NCBI GenBank assembly: GCA_951406725.2
Contig: OX597831.1
Location: 12,648,001-12,712,000 of the forward strand
Direction: 5' to 3'
Source: Octopus vulgaris
Taxonomy: Eukaryota
Length of the DNA stretch: 64,000 bases
The notes beneath the pieces are model-generated. The model ran no database searches. It saw nothing but the letters and a program-made list of their open reading frames with translations, and was not told the origin of the DNA. This document shows positions 39,887-54,135 of the stretch, piece after piece. The translations under genes were made by a program, and so were the position numbers. Positions within the stretch are counted from its first letter, which is position 1. Every line of letters starts with the position of its first letter.

Positions 39887-42299
39887 TATTTCGTCTGTTT
39901 TTAAATTCTGAGTTCAAATGCTGCTGAGGTTGACTTTGCCTTTCAGGCTTGATAAATTAAGTACCAGTTGCATACTCAGGTCGATCTAATTGACCAACCC
40001 CACTCCCCCAAAATTTTGAGCATTGTGCCTAGAGTAGAAAAGAATATTTTAGTATGATTAAATATTCCAAAGCAGCAAGCTAGCAGCATTGTTAGCATGC
40101 AAGGCAGAATGTTTAGTAGCATTTTGTCTGACTTTACATTCTATGCTCAAATCCCACCAAGGTTGACTCTGCCTTTCATCCTTTTGGGGTTGAGAAAATA
40201 AGTACCAGTCAAATATTGGGGTGAATGTTATCAACTTTCTGCTCCCTTCAAAAACTGCTGGCCCTGTACCAAAATTTGAAACCATTATCTTTTACTTGTT
40301 TCAGTCATTAGACTGCAGTCATGCTGGGGCACCACCTCAAAGAATTTTTAGGCAAATGAATCAACTCCAGTACTTATATTATTAAAGCCTGCTACTTATT
40401 CTATTGGTCTCTTTTTCTGAACTACTAAATTATGGGGATGTAAACACACCAACAACTGTTGTCAAGCTGTGGTGGGGGACAGACACACAAAGATACACAC
40501 ACACATACATGACTGACTTCTTTCAGTTTCTGTCTACCAAATCCATTCACCAGGTTTTGATCAGCCTGAGGCTGAAGTAGATGTCACGCAATGGGATTGA
40601 ACCTAAAACCATATGGTTGAGAAACAAACTTCTTACCACATACCCATGCCTGCGCCTTTAATATTAATATTCAGAAGCTTTTAAAGTAAGGTGCATGCAT
40701 ACCTGAGGATGCATTATGTAACTTGCAGTGTTATGCAAGGCAATTCACAAAAGCATAAGCAAAGAATAATGTCTGCTGTTATATTAAAATTTTTTTCAAG
40801 TAAATTTTAAAGCTACAAATCTTGAAAAATATTCTAATTGTTTGCTTACATATTTCAATGCACAGATTTTCTTTCTTGCATAAAATATATCTTTATAGTT
40901 TTTAGCATTTATTACATTTTTATTGTTCGTTTATTATATTATGTCAGTTGGCTTGTGAATGTCTTTAACTGTAAAACTGTCAATGTGCCTAAAGGATAGG
41001 CAGAGGCACAAGCTTCACTCCAATAAAGAAATATTAAATTTCAGAACAGGGGAGATCTTTTTTCTTTTATCATTTTAGATGTCAAAATCTGCAAAAGCTT
41101 TCAAAACTACACACATGGAAACAACAAAATTATGGCAGCTTTCTACAACAAATTAATTTTGTGAAAAAGAATTTTCTACACTTGAAAAACAATATATAGA
41201 AATTGGGAAACATCATCTAAATGGCTGTGATATCAAAACCCTAATTTTAATGTTGCTATATAAAAAAAAAAAAGATGAAGTTTCTCAAAACTGAAAGTGG
41301 AGCTGGTTTGAATGAAATTTTTTTTTTTCTTTGGGGCTTTTTCTTTTTTTAATTATTTTTTATCTGCTGTTTTTGTATCAGTATGTTTGGCTTCTCCCTC
41401 CTTTATATTTATGTTTGTGATCATGAAAACTGACCCATAAATAATCTTCAAACATGAAAATTAATCCATAATTAATCTTGTGAAATTGAAAATTCAGCTA
41501 TAAAAAAAGAAGGTATGACTGTGGTTAAGACACCTACTTTCTAACCACGAGGTTTCATATTTAGCAATGCTGCTTAGCACTATCGGCAGGTATTTTCTAC
41601 AGTAGTCACATTTTAAAAGGGCCGGTCAACGCCTTGAGTGAATTTGATAGACAGAAACTAAAAGAAGCCTGTTGTATATGTGTATAAATGTTTGTGTGTG
41701 CACTTTTGTATTTGTGTGTGTCTGTCTCTGTTTTGGCATTTTGGGATGGTTGTAAATGAGCATTATTCATAGTTAATCCTCCATAAAAACAAATAATGTC
41801 TGGCCATTTGAAAATATTACTTTTCTTGAAAACAAGTGAGTGTTGCTGACAGAAAAGGGATCCGGCAATAGAAAATCTGTCTAAATGAATTCTGTGTGAC
41901 TCATGCAAACATGGGAAACTGGACATTAAAAAGATGTTGATAATAACAAATCGGTTTTGTCAACTTTTTAATCCCACCACAATAGGAAACTGACATCATC
42001 ATCATCAACCATTTAGTGTCCTCTTTCCATACTGGCACGGGTTGGACGGTTTGACATGGAGCTGGTTAACAGGGTGCTGACCATACTCCAACTGTCTGTT
42101 GTGGCATGGTTTCTATGGCTGGAAGCTCTTCCTAATGTCAAACACTTAACAGAGTATACTGGGTGCTTTTTATGTGCCACCAGCACAGGTGCGATTATGT
42201 AGCACTGGCACAGGTGTGCTGATGCAGCACCGGCATGGGTACTTTTCAAGTGGCACTGGCACCTTAAGGACAAACCTGTATGTGTGGAGGACAGTGACT

Positions 42300-42785
42300 T
42301 TACTTAGCTTGGTGCATCTTATCAAGTTCAGCAAATCACCACATCTCTCAGTCCCTTGTCATCTCCTCAGTGAGACCCAGCACCCGAAGACCCTTTCTTA
42401 CCATTTTGTCCCATGTCTTCCTAGGTCTACCCCTTCCAAAGGTACCCTCCACAATTAGAGTTCAGCACTTTATCCAGCTGTCCTCATCTATATGCATCAC
42501 ATGACCAAACCAGTGCAGTCTTCTCTTCTGACGCTCTTATACCTAGTTTTCCTCTTAAATCAGTTACACTCAGTTATGCATGCACACTGACATTACCCAT
42601 CCAGCGGAGCATGCTAGCTTCATTTCTTTCAAGCCTTCACAGGTCTTCTGTAGTCAAAACCAATGTTTCACTGCCATGCTACGTAGCTGTATGTATACAT
42701 GCATCATATAACTTGCCTTTCACTCTGAGGGAGAGGCCATTAATTACCAACAAAGGTAGAAGCTCACTGAACTTTACCCAGCCCA
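42300..42785 (-). mobile_element. RTE-type LINE 3' remnant contiguous with a family A tail
   Basis: Minus-strand RRLHWFGHV and GRGRPRKTWD motifs. It runs into the family A 3' end at 41995-42260. Confidence 0.7.
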
Positions 42786-42833
42786 AAGAAACTAGTTTCA
42801 ACCCAGCACAGATTAGGATTAGTTTAGAAAATA

Positions 42834-44072
42834 TTGGGTCACCCCATAAATAATGCAGATTTTTGAATTGTATGAACTAAAAGTCAAAGGGGGACTGGAT
42901 AAACTACCTGAATCAACTTGCAATATAAGCAGGTAGTGATTTTATCTTGACCTTATTCTTAGTGAAAGTTTTAAAGAGTGCAGTTCGATTTCCACAGTTA
43001 TTTTTTTCAAAGCTATAATGGAAGCGACAAAGGAGCATATTCAGCATATTTTGCTTTATGAGTTCAATAAAGGCAACAATGCAATGGAAAGTGTGAGGAA
43101 TATTAATGCAGTATATGGAGATCAGACAATAATTCAAAGCCAAAAATTACAGCCTAGAAGACGAGCTTCATCCTGAAAATCTGTAGAGCTTGACAAGGAC
43201 GTCCTGCAAACCCTGGTGGAACAAAATCCCATTGTAACTGTTGAGGAACTAGCAAAGAAGCTTGGATTTGGTCATTCAACCATTCATCGACACCTGTGTG
43301 TCATCAGAAAATTCAGCAAATTAGGTCAATGGGTTCCTCACAAACTTTCTGAGTCTAATCATGTGTAGAGAGTGAATATGTGCTCTTCTTTTCTGCCACA
43401 TCTCACAAATGAATCTTTTTTGGGCCAAATAGTGACTGGTAGTGAGAAATGGGTTCTTTATAGAAATGTCAAGTACTGAAGACAGTGAGTAGGGAAAGGA
43501 GAAACAAGGCACCACAGGCTAAAGAAGGTCTTCATCCACATAAGGTGTCAATATCTGTTTGGTGGGATATGAAAGGTTTAGTCCACTTTGGACTTTTAAC
43601 CCAAACCAAACAATAATAAAGGAGATCTACTGTGAGCAGCTTGAGCAACTAAAGTCAGCACTATAAGAAAAATAACCATCTTTGAGTTTCAAGATGAAAG
43701 CTGTTCTTCCATGAAGATAATGTTCCACCACATACAGTGAAGATGACATTCCAAAGGCTGAAGCAGTTTGAATGGCTAATAATGCCCCAACCATCACATT
43801 CACCAGACATTTCCCCATCTGATTATCATTTATTCTGCAGCCTTCAAAATCATTTGCATGGAAAGAATATGAATTCTGTATATGAGTTTAGAACACTACT
43901 GGAGGAGTATTTTTCATCACAGACAAGTGAAATTTGGAAGAGGGATCTTGCAAGTCTACCAGATAGATGGAAGAGCATTGTAGAAAATGTAGATTAAAAA
44001 AGAACTTTGTTTATCATAATTGTGAAAAATAAAAGAAGTATCAAAAACAGCATTATTTATGGGTTGACCTAA
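42834..44072 (+). mobile_element. Near full-length mariner transposon (~1.24 kb)
   Basis: TA-TTGGGTCACCCCATAAATAATGC...GCATTATTTATGGGTTGACCTAA-TA, i.e. TIRs with a TA TSD. Confidence 0.95.
43018..43997 (+). pseudogene. Mariner (DD34D) transposase pseudogene
   Basis: MEATKEHIQHILLYEFNKGNNA..., WVPH (~43330), IVTGSEKWV and HSPDISPSDYHLF, broken by multiple stops and frameshifts. Confidence 0.92.
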
Positions 44073-45136
44073 TATAATGAAACAACTGTAATTGCCTAAA
44101 CCTTGTGCCTATAATAAAGAGAAACTGTAATTTACAATGTTAAAATAGTTCTAGCTCTAAATTCTATTTTTTCCAATGCATATTTTTTTTATATCTAAAA
44201 TAGTTAAAATGAAGAAAAACAAATAAAATCTGTGACTGAAAAACAGCAAATAAAAAATTATACATGGTTTAGTATAATGTAGAAAAGATATGATGGATTT
44301 GCCAGAAAATAGATTACTCCAGTTTTTATGTATTGTGTCGGAGATTAGTTACAATGAACTGGTCAAGCCCTAAAGATAGGAATAAAGTTCATTAGAAAAC
44401 AGTAATGAAAGAAGTCAGTAATGGCCAAGCATAATGAAAAAAATGGGCAAAAACATAATTATGGAATGAAATTTCTCTTACAAAGAACCAAAGAGAAAAA
44501 CCTAAATTAAAAAGATAACCCAAACTAATTAATATCAGGCAGATTTCAATTCAATATGGCTGCTGCCTTAATTAAAATAAAAATTTATATAACCAAAAAA
44601 CTGGAAAAAAAATTATACATAAACCCTTGGATTAGTAGATAAAGAGATTAGAAATAAAGGTTCCTGGGTCTAATTCAGCCTACAGCAAATGAGTAAGACA
44701 CACCTGGTGAGATTGCAGATCGAATTCATGAAAAAATAATGAAGATACAGTACAATAAAGCAAAACATTTTCCAGGAGATTGTATTTCTAATTAAAATAC
44801 AGGGGTCCTCTATTCAAATTAAACATTTAAATCTAAATTTTTTTTTGCTATCTTTAACTGTGTTGTTCTTTCACCACATTTAAAAGAACAAAAATGTATT
44901 TAGTTGCATGCATGGCTGAATGGTAAGGAGTTTGCTTCCCAGCCACATGGTTTTGGGTTCAGTCCCAGCATGTGGCACATTGGGTAAGTGTCTTCTACAA
45001 TAGCCTTAGGCCAACCAAAGCTTTGTGAGTGGATCTGGTAGATGGCAACTGAAAGAAGCTTATCACATATGTGTGTGTGTGTGTGTGTGTGTGGTGCATA
45101 CCCACGTTCTCCACCACTGCTTGACAACTCTGTCGG

Positions 45137-45388
45137 GTTGTGTATGTCAGAAAGTCAGAAAACAATACAGCTCCCATGACTTTCGGAAACATTTTTTCAC
45201 GCTCAGAGTTGCTGAAGCATGGAATAAACTGCCTGCGTCAGTTGTTGACTGCCATGACACTGCATCTATTAAGGCCCTCATGCTTTCCGAAATCCGCCGA
45301 AACTTCACCTGATTATATATACACTTTAGATGAGTTGTAGTGCACCTGAGCACTGTACACAATTATTATTATTATTATTATTATTATG
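45137..45388 (+). mobile_element. CR1/L2-type LINE 3' end nested in a family B SINE
   Basis: RKHFFTLRVAEAWNKLPASVV is the characteristic CR1-group ORF2 C-terminus. It ends in an (ATT)n tail. Confidence 0.8.
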
Positions 45389-47357
45389 TCCCTGTAACAT
45401 TAGTGTAACATAAGTGGTTCAGCAAAAGAGACCAACTGAATGATTACCAGACATAGAAAAAAAAAATAAAGAATAAATACTGGGGTTGATTTGTTCAATT
45501 AAAACCTTCAGAGGGGGGCTCCAACAAGGCAGCAGTAAAGCAAAAAGATAATTCTCTGAAATGCTGTCATACTGGGGCACCGCTTTCAAGGACTTTGGTC
45601 TCTCACATTGATCCTTGAGAACATGTTTCACTCTAACACTCATTTTATTGAATCCTATTTACTGAATTGACATAAACAGAATGCAGATTCTTATTGGTTT
45701 GCACAAACATAGACATATAGAGTTCCTGTCTATCAAACTGAACTTAAAAGGAATCAATCCACTTAAAGGATACAGCTAAGAGACACTTACCCAAGGTGCT
45801 ATGCAGTAGGAAATCAAACAAGAAACTATACATTAGCAAAGGAAACACCTTCACCATAAAGCTATGCTCTGATCTCATAATGAAAACAATTGAGAATATA
45901 TTGAGAAAATTGAAAGAGTGTCTCCTTGTAGGAATACTAAAGGTAAAGAAATCAAAAAGTAATTTATTCCAATTTATTTTCTCCAAAATCCAATAATTTT
46001 TGCTGGAGAACTTTCATCATACTGTGACATTTCTTTCAAAAATAGATTGAGTCCTAATAGTAGTTGTTTAGTCCCTGATTAACTCTGTGCCTAGCTGTAA
46101 GGGAGATATATGGTTACTCCAGTTGGAAGAGGAAGATGATGGAGAAGGGGTGTCAGCTTGAGGTCAATTCTAATCAAACAGATTTATGATCAAACATGTT
46201 CCAGCTTTGAATGTCCTATCTTTTCGTTTGCCTAAGACTGCAATATCCAAAGTGTTCTCCCTGTTTTAAGATGATAGAATGTGATTTGCTATGAATCAAA
46301 TGAGCACTGTAGCATAAATGATAAAGCTCTTGGCAAAATGTATCTCGAATAATGAATCAATTCCTAGTTTTGTGTTTCACTATTTCTCTTCATTCTTTGG
46401 AAAAGGCATGCACACCTCATAACCATTTCCTACTTCCCTAAGGCTGATTATTTCTATTATCAACTTTTTTGGCTACAAATGGTTTAAGCAAACGATTGTT
46501 TACTGCGCTTGTCCATGCGATATGGCTTAATAAGAAATCACTGTTTTACGGATATGAAGATGAGCTGAAAGCAGCACGAAGGAAGCCAACGATATAACAT
46601 GTCTCTAGCAGTGCAAGACAGAACATGTGTAAGGGAGATAATTACTTTTGAATACGTGAGATTTTAAAAAAGAATAATAGAGAATTTAGTTTTCTATATC
46701 AAACTTCTATATCAAAAATTGGTTGAAAGAAATTTTCTTAGGCATGTTTATTTATGGCTTAGTCAGCAGCAGGGCAGTACTTGTGACCTTTTGCAGGGTT
46801 TCTAAGACTGGTGAGAAAATTAGTGGAACAGACCATGATTCATGAGTTGGTTCAGTAGGAAGTAATGTATCAGACTTACTGGCATCTAATGGTCAGAAGA
46901 AGGTGCTAAATAAAGTGATGGATTAAGTCTATCACCCAAGGTTTATTTCAGTATTTCTGATGAAATCTTATTCCGCTTCTCAATAATTATTATTTACATA
47001 TTTCTTCATGTTTACAGCAGCAAGTAATTTATCATAACCTTTTTTACAGCAGAGATCAGATATATATATCCACTCAAATTTTCATTACCTTTAACTGCAG
47101 AAAGTGGTTTTGTATAACAATCTTTTGTTGAAGAATGTCTTATTAGAACTCTTTTTGGTTGAGATATATCAAGAGAGGCAATGTGACTTGTAGAAAATAC
47201 CAATTCTATTTTTGAGTAGACATTTAACATCAATGTTAGAATGATCATGAAATTTAATTTCGTGATTAAAGGGTTATGCTAATGTTTTTTGTTGTAGTTC
47301 TTTCATAAGGAAGAGATAGTAATAACAGAAAAACCATCAATAGTTAAATTGCATATG

Positions 47358-47547
47358 GTATGTATATATATATGTATGTATATATATATGTATGTATATA
47401 TATATATATATATACATATATATATACATACATATATATATACATACATATATATATACATACATATATATATACATACATATATACATACATATATATA
47501 TATACATATATATACATATATATACATATATATATACATATATATAC

Positions 47548-47618
<71 letters not shown>

Positions 47619-47687
47619 CATATATATATATACATATATATATATACATATATATATACATATATATATATACATATATATATATAC

Positions 47688-47747
<60 letters not shown>
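47358..47747. repeat. Compound (TA)n/(TACA) microsatellite
   Basis: Direct inspection. Similar tracts at 13488-13582, 51485-51735, 55839-55990 and 61108-61203. Confidence 0.97.
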
Positions 47748-47750
<3 letters not shown>

Positions 47751-49243
47751 CTTATGTGAGGACAATGGAGTGGGTGATGGTGATCTCCTGGCTGGCAAGG
47801 TTAAGCATGTAACAAAGACTAGAAAAAAAAATAGTCACGAACATGTTTTGCATGAAAATAAATTAGTGAGGTTGATGCTGACATCTTCAGTGTGGTGAAT
47901 CAAGAAAACTTTAATTAATCAAAACCACACCCTTAGTGATGAGAAATCCTCATTAACCAGAAGTAGTCATTAACTAGGATTGGTTCTAGCCAAAAGTTTA
48001 ATAAGTTAAAATGATTTAACAACTGTATGTCACACTGCTAAGATCAGATTCACTTCCCCCCACTATACTGGCTGCATTATATTTTTAATTAATTAGAATC
48101 TTGGAAAGAGGTGGTTAACGGGATTGTTAGAACATCAAACAAAACATCTTGCAGTATTCATCCTGGATCTTTATGTTCAGGGCTCAAATCCTGCTGGAGT
48201 CAACTTCACCTTTCATTGTTTCAGGCTCAATAAAATAAAGTACCATGTATTAAGTCAGTACTCCACACCGACTCAAAATTGCTGGCCTTGTGTCTAGATT
48301 TGAAATAATCAGTTAAATTAACAGGGCCGTGTCTCCTGCATTTCTTGACCAGAAATGATATGTAAGCTAATAATTCTTTCTCCTCACAAAGAAAACCCTA
48401 TCAATTAGTTAAAATTTCTTTGTGCCTAAAATACTAAATAAAGTTGGTGTTAACATATTTAGTATATGTGATGCAGAGCTTGATAACTGGGGCATTTTGG
48501 CCAGCTTATTGTAATGTTAACTATCAACAGAGTACATGGAGAAATACAGTAGTGTGACTAATTCTTCATGTATAAAGTGCTGTACATCATTCCAGTTCCA
48601 ACCATTAAGTCCTTTTGTTACCATATTTCTGTTGAAATACACTACAATTGTTTCAATTAATTTTTAAAATAATGAAGAATCTGGTAAAATAACTTCGTCA
48701 TTCTCAAGCTGAAATTTGAGATCACTAGAAAATTTCTTTCATAAAACCAAAGATGGTTTGAGGTGGGTTCAAACCAAAGGGGATTTAAACATATGAAAGA
48801 CAAATAGACCTTGTACATGTTGCCAATCTGTCTTGATAATCATAGATAATATGCTTCTATTCCTGAAATCTGAGCAGATTGATCTGTGTAGTCTAAGTAG
48901 ATGTATGTGATTAAGTTGGATTCGTAACTATATTTATCTGGGTTTAACAGCACTGAGTGACAGCGTGAAGAAGTGTATATGCCCAAAATCTTGTTTAGAC
49001 AAATGTGTGCGTGTGTAGTCTTTTATAACCTCAGTACTTTTTTTGAAGTCTGGTACATATTCTATCAGTCTCTGTTGCCAAACAACTAAATTACAAGGAC
49101 AACAATGCTTGTCAAGTAGTGGTGGGTACAAGCACAAACAACACACACACACACCACACAAATAAATACACACATGGAGAGTTTCCACACAGTTTTCATG
49201 TACGAAATATACTCTCAATATATGCACAAATGTATTATATATA

Positions 49244-49453
49244 CAGAGTGTTCATAAATTGTCCTTACAACGTTTACAATTTATTGTACTGTATCATCTA
49301 GATGTGTTGTATGTGACCAATGGGTCCACATTGAAGTGTTCTGATGTTTCTAATAAAGCTATCTGTTTGCAAATAAACTCTGGGCTATTCTTATTTTGCG
49401 TTTTATTTTTCCTGATTTTTTAACAATTGTAAAGGTAATTCACAAAGACTGTG
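49244..49453. mobile_element. Tc1/mariner-type MITE (degenerate)
   Basis: TA-CAGAGTGTTCATAAATTGTCCTTACAA ... TTGTAAAGGTAATTCACAAAGACTGTG-TA. Confidence 0.5.
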
Positions 49454-50262
49454 TATGTGTCTATTCATTGTATCCTAAATTATAATATGTATGCTGTGCC
49501 TTTGCCTATCAAAGGGGGCAACCAATAAGAAACCTTCCAACTCATGCTAGCATGGAAAATCGGACATAAAATTACAACGATGACAATGGTAGTGATGACA
49601 ACAATGACAAGAACATGAGCATGTGAATGTCTTTTAGCAGTGTATATTTTATTTCCTACTTGTTTCATTCAGTAACTGTGTCCATTGAGGAATTTCAGTT
49701 GAACTAATTGACCCCAGAACTTATTTTCTTTCTAAGCCAGGGACTTATTCTCTCAGTCTCTTTTGCCGAATGCTAAGTTATGGAGATGTAAACACAACAA
49801 CACCGGCTGTCATATGGTGGTGGTAAGGGGAACACACACACACACACACAACATACGTTTTTTCAGTTTCCATTATTCAAAACCACTCTCAAAGCTTTGG
49901 CCGGTTCGAGACAATAGAAGACACTCGATCCATGCGCCATGCTATGGGACTGAACCTGAAACCATGTGATCAGCAAGCAATCTTGTTACTATAGCCACGC
50001 CTGCGCCTATATTGATAAAAAAAATATAAACAATGACGAAGAAAAGCAACAGACTATTTACAGATAATCTCCGTCACTCTCACCATCATAAATACAATAT
50101 GAGATACAACAATTTTCAAAAGGCGACTGAAAATTTTAAAAAGTATCAAGTTTACAAAAAAAAAAATTCTGAATCAACGAAGGAGCCGACATATGGTCAC
50201 TAGACTTGCTAGAAATAGCAGCCAAAATCCTCTCAAATCATACCATATTATTTTTTTATAAT

Positions 50263-50425
50263 CTGGTGTGGGCAACCTCTTTCGAATAGCTGGCATCATG
50301 AGACATGGCTCGTCATCGAGTGGGCCGCACTATTAAAAAGAATTTTGTTTTGGTAAATTTCAGGTAATATTTCGTTAAGTATGACATTCAAAAAGCCCCG
50401 CGTGCTGCAGTTTGCTCACGACGGC
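50263..50425. mobile_element. hAT-like MITE; a related copy lies in opposite orientation at ~51190-51338
   Basis: Ends CTGGTGTGGGCAACCT / GTTTGCTCACGACGG. Internal GAGACATGGCTCGTCATC is mirrored by GATGAGCCACATCTC at ~51285. Confidence 0.55.
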
Positions 50426-51480
50426 CTTAAATACAGAAAAGGGCACGTTAGATATTGGTCGCGACTGGAATGTCTTTAGCTATAGATTTAGTCAGTCAAG
50501 ATCGATAGGATAAAATATAAACCATCTCAGAGGTATGGTAAAAGCACTCTTTTTAAAATTTCCCATCTAAGAAACTGTTTTGTTGTGGTGCTAAAATAGA
50601 TCAGTAACAGAAAACGAGAACTTTACCAATCCAAGGGAGAATAATGATGTATTAGAAGAAATAATTTCCCTTGGATTTAGTTCGTGTAAACAGTAATAAA
50701 GAGATAGTTTCGCTTTCTATTCCAAATTTATTAAGTCAACTATGGAGCTTCTGACCTGTTAGAAATAGCAGCCAAGTCTTGTACAATCTAGAAAAGAGAC
50801 GGCCACATTGGAAATTGTAAGTCGTACGTGCGCAATGCTCGTAAGCCGGACGGCTAGAGGGCCTTTAGAAATAGATCTGTTAAGTCATGATTGAACAATC
50901 AATAACAAACCTATCGTGCGAGCTGGCACGAACAAAATGATAAGTGTCATTTCTTCAGGATCTTTTCGTTCAGATCTCATCAAGGTTAACTTTGCCTTTC
51001 ATCACTTCGAGATCGATTTATCCTCTCTCCTCAAAACTATTGGTCATGGACCCTGTAAAGGACCGGCGCCCCATTTAAGGGAAGAATGTTATGATCTCAG
51101 TCACTTATATGGCTGGTTACCCGGCTTCCACGGCATATGAGTCCTAGAACTTGTGAGAACAAAAAAAAAAAAAAAAAAATGAATCTAGGACGGTGGTGGG
51201 CAAGTTGCGGCCTGCGGGACTTTCTGAATAGCACAGCTGACGAAACTTTTCCCTAAATTTTTTTTAGAATGCAACTCGTTTAATGATGAGCCACATCTCG
51301 TGAAGGCCCGTTTCTTGAAAAAACGTCGTCCATGCCTGATCTTGGATTTATCAATTCTTGCATCATTTCCACTTTCAAAAAGACACACAGATCGTCACTA
51401 TTTTACAAAAATAAAATCAAGATTAATTTTTAAATCCTTTAATAAAACCAATGAGTGAAACAAATTTTAAATTGATAAAT

Positions 51481-51541
<61 letters not shown>

Positions 51542-51621
51542 ATACATATATACATGTATAAAAGTGTGTGTATATATACACATACATAAATATACAGACA
51601 CACACACATATATATATATAT

Positions 51622-51652
<31 letters not shown>

Positions 51653-51668
51653 CACATGTATATATATA

Positions 51669-51735
<67 letters not shown>

Positions 51736-52168
51736 GTATCTCTATATGAAAAACCATTATTTAAGATAAGTAAATTAAATGGCTTTCTATGATTTCTTCA
51801 ATGAGTTGAACCAACGATGCAAGCAAGCTGATAGGATGTTCTATAAGTAATTGGTTTCTAAATTTGTCAGTATTAACGATCTCTTAAGTTTAAATGGATT
51901 ATACTAAGGTTCCCTGAGTTTTTGAAAGTTTTGTCGTCTGTCTGTTCAATAGTCCAGTTTTAGTAGCAGATATTTAACTCGTTTTCTCAGTTTCATTTTT
52001 CAGTTGATAGCAACAGATATTTAAAAAAAACTTTGCTGTAGCTAGTAAGCGTATATTGGCGATTTATACAATGCCTTCGCTAATTGTTTTAGATGCCTAT
52101 GTCGTTGTCAACAGACGGAGACGCTCTCTCAGCCGTCCTAGCCTTTCCCTAGTGAATCAATGAGGTGT

Positions 52169-52211
<43 letters not shown>

Positions 52212-52265
52212 GACAGAGCTGTATCAGATGTTGATTGACATCTATTTTTAGCTGGGTATCTAGAG

Positions 52266-52466
52266 CAGTGGTTTTCAACCAGGGTTCCGCCAGAACAGTC
52301 CAGGGGTTCCGCAAGAAGTTACAAAACTGCTAAAATCGACAGTAATTTTTAATTCTCCTGTGCAGATATGTGTACATAAGTCTATTAAATTATTACACAG
52401 GGGTTCCTCGAGCCAGTGGAATGTTTCCTTGGGGTTCCGCTCCAGCAAAAATGTTGAAAAGCACTG
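52266..52466. mobile_element. hAT (Charlie-like) MITE with perfect TSD
   Basis: TIRs CAGTGGTTTTCAAC / GTTGAAAAGCACTG. TSD ATCTAGAG at 52258-52265 and 52467-52474. Confidence 0.9.
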
Positions 52467-52737
52467 ATCTAGAGCAACGTAAAATGAAGTGCCTTGCTCA
52501 CAGAAACAATGCACTACCCAGTCCATGGGCCAAATCTGTGACCTGACAATTGGGTGCCAATCGTCGATATGTATCTAATTAACTGCAGTCTCGAAATCCT
52601 GAACATTGTTCACATAACTTTTAGTGATCCCTGGGGATACAAAGACCGCTAAGTTGGGAACTGTCCACTCTAAAATCACAACTTAAGGAAAGAGCACGAT
52701 GGATAAATATATAACGTTGGTCGTTGGTAGAATTGCT

Positions 52738-53413
52738 GGATCTTTTCCTTTTGAACGGCAGTTTTCAACACAATTTCTAGTTAACTAAACACTTTTAAAC
52801 TTCGTATACTGGTAGAATGTGTCAAAATAAAACGTTTTTTTCTCTTGGCTTTCTTGAGAAAATTGTAATTTGTAAGTTTAACGTAGTTTAATTTTTCGAA
52901 TCTTAACCAATCCTATGGCCTCTATTGAGCTAAAATCATTTGCTGCGTCTAAAACTGAGACAACATCCCGTCACTAACCCTAACCCTAAATTTTAGCCTT
53001 TCGTTTTTTTTTTCTTAATTGTTAAATTAATTTAAGGATAACAATTACGAAAAAAAACGAAAGCAAAAACTCAAAACAAAAACAAAACGAATAATTTTAG
53101 ACACACGCGTAACAATTAAATTAATTTAACAATTAAGAAAAAAAAAAACGAAAGGCTAAAATTTAGGGTTAGGGTTAGTGACAGGATGTTGTTTGTTTTA
53201 GACGCAGCAAATGATTTTAGCTCAATAGAAGCCATAGGATTGGTTAAAATTCGAAAAATTAAACTACGTTAAACTTACAAATTACAATTTTCTCAAGAAA
53301 GCCAAGAGAAAAAATATGTTTTATTTTGACACATTCTACCAGTATACGAAGTTTAAAAGTGTTTAGTTAACTAGAAATTGTGTTGAAAACTGCCGTTCAA
53401 AAGGAAAAGATCC
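52738..53413. mobile_element. Palindromic Merlin-like MITE with ~300-bp arms
   Basis: GGATCTTTTCCTTTTGAACGGC...GCCGTTCAAAAGGAAAAGATCC. The 8-bp flanks are GAATTGCT / GAATTGTT. GG termini, and TAACCC repeats in each arm. Confidence 0.85.
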
Positions 53414-53508
53414 GAATTGTTTTGACTATAGAGCGGCTGAGTCAGAATTGATCTCAGGTTTAAATATGAACGATGTAAGAAGGAAAATGACGATCATTGA
53501 TTATTGAA

Positions 53509-53705
53509 TTACGCAGATGTACTTGCATAGCAAGTGACTTGATCTGAGATCGTGTGCTGAAACAAAAACAATTGCAGCGTGGAAGGTGTTTATAAGCCAT
53601 CTAAAAACACACAAAAACCGTTAGATTCACTTCAGCATTTAAATTTCATTTGTCAAAATAATTTTCGCCGCTTTCAGACCGCGACCTGTTCACTGACAAA
53701 ATTCC
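53509..53705 (-). mobile_element. Family 2 short element with G3-C8 hammerhead motif (53649-53700)
   Basis: Reverse complement of 63790-63988. Motif TTTGTCA-GTGAACA-G-GTCGC-GGTCTGAAA-GCGGC-GAAA-ATTAT-TT-TGACAAA. Confidence 0.75.
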
Positions 53706-54041
53706 GAATTCTAAATAAACGGAAAGATTTAAATATAAACATACTTATCTACATACGCCCCCCCCCCCCACACGCACACACACACACACACAAACCTTCA
53801 GTTAAAGAAATTAGCATAAAACTAAAGTTGTCTTCAGTAATCTCCATTACAGAGAGCGTGGAAAAAGTTATTGAGAGAGAGAGAGAGAGAGAGAGTTATG
53901 CAAGAGAATACGAAAGGGAGACAGAGAGAGGATTATATAAGACACAGAGAGGAGAGAGAGGGGGAGCAAGGGAGTAGAGAAAAGGAGAGAGAGAGAGAAA
54001 GATGCGGCGTTGGAGGTGGAGAGATGACAGGAAGTGTTTCC

Positions 54042-54135
<94 letters not shown>

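Noticed and set aside
47303-47898. Overlapping 120-170 aa ORFs (also at 15653-16044, 51423-51792, 55733-56192, 61047-61430)
   Set aside because: These are translations of dinucleotide or tetranucleotide microsatellites.
52974-53178. Interstitial telomere or chromosome fusion scar
   Set aside because: Only 2-3 units per side, positioned symmetrically inside MITE arms.
53579-53977. 132-aa ORF with a peptide similar to that of 63737-63934
   Set aside because: The similarity comes from the shared family 2 repeat read antisense to the hammerhead, and the rest is microsatellite.
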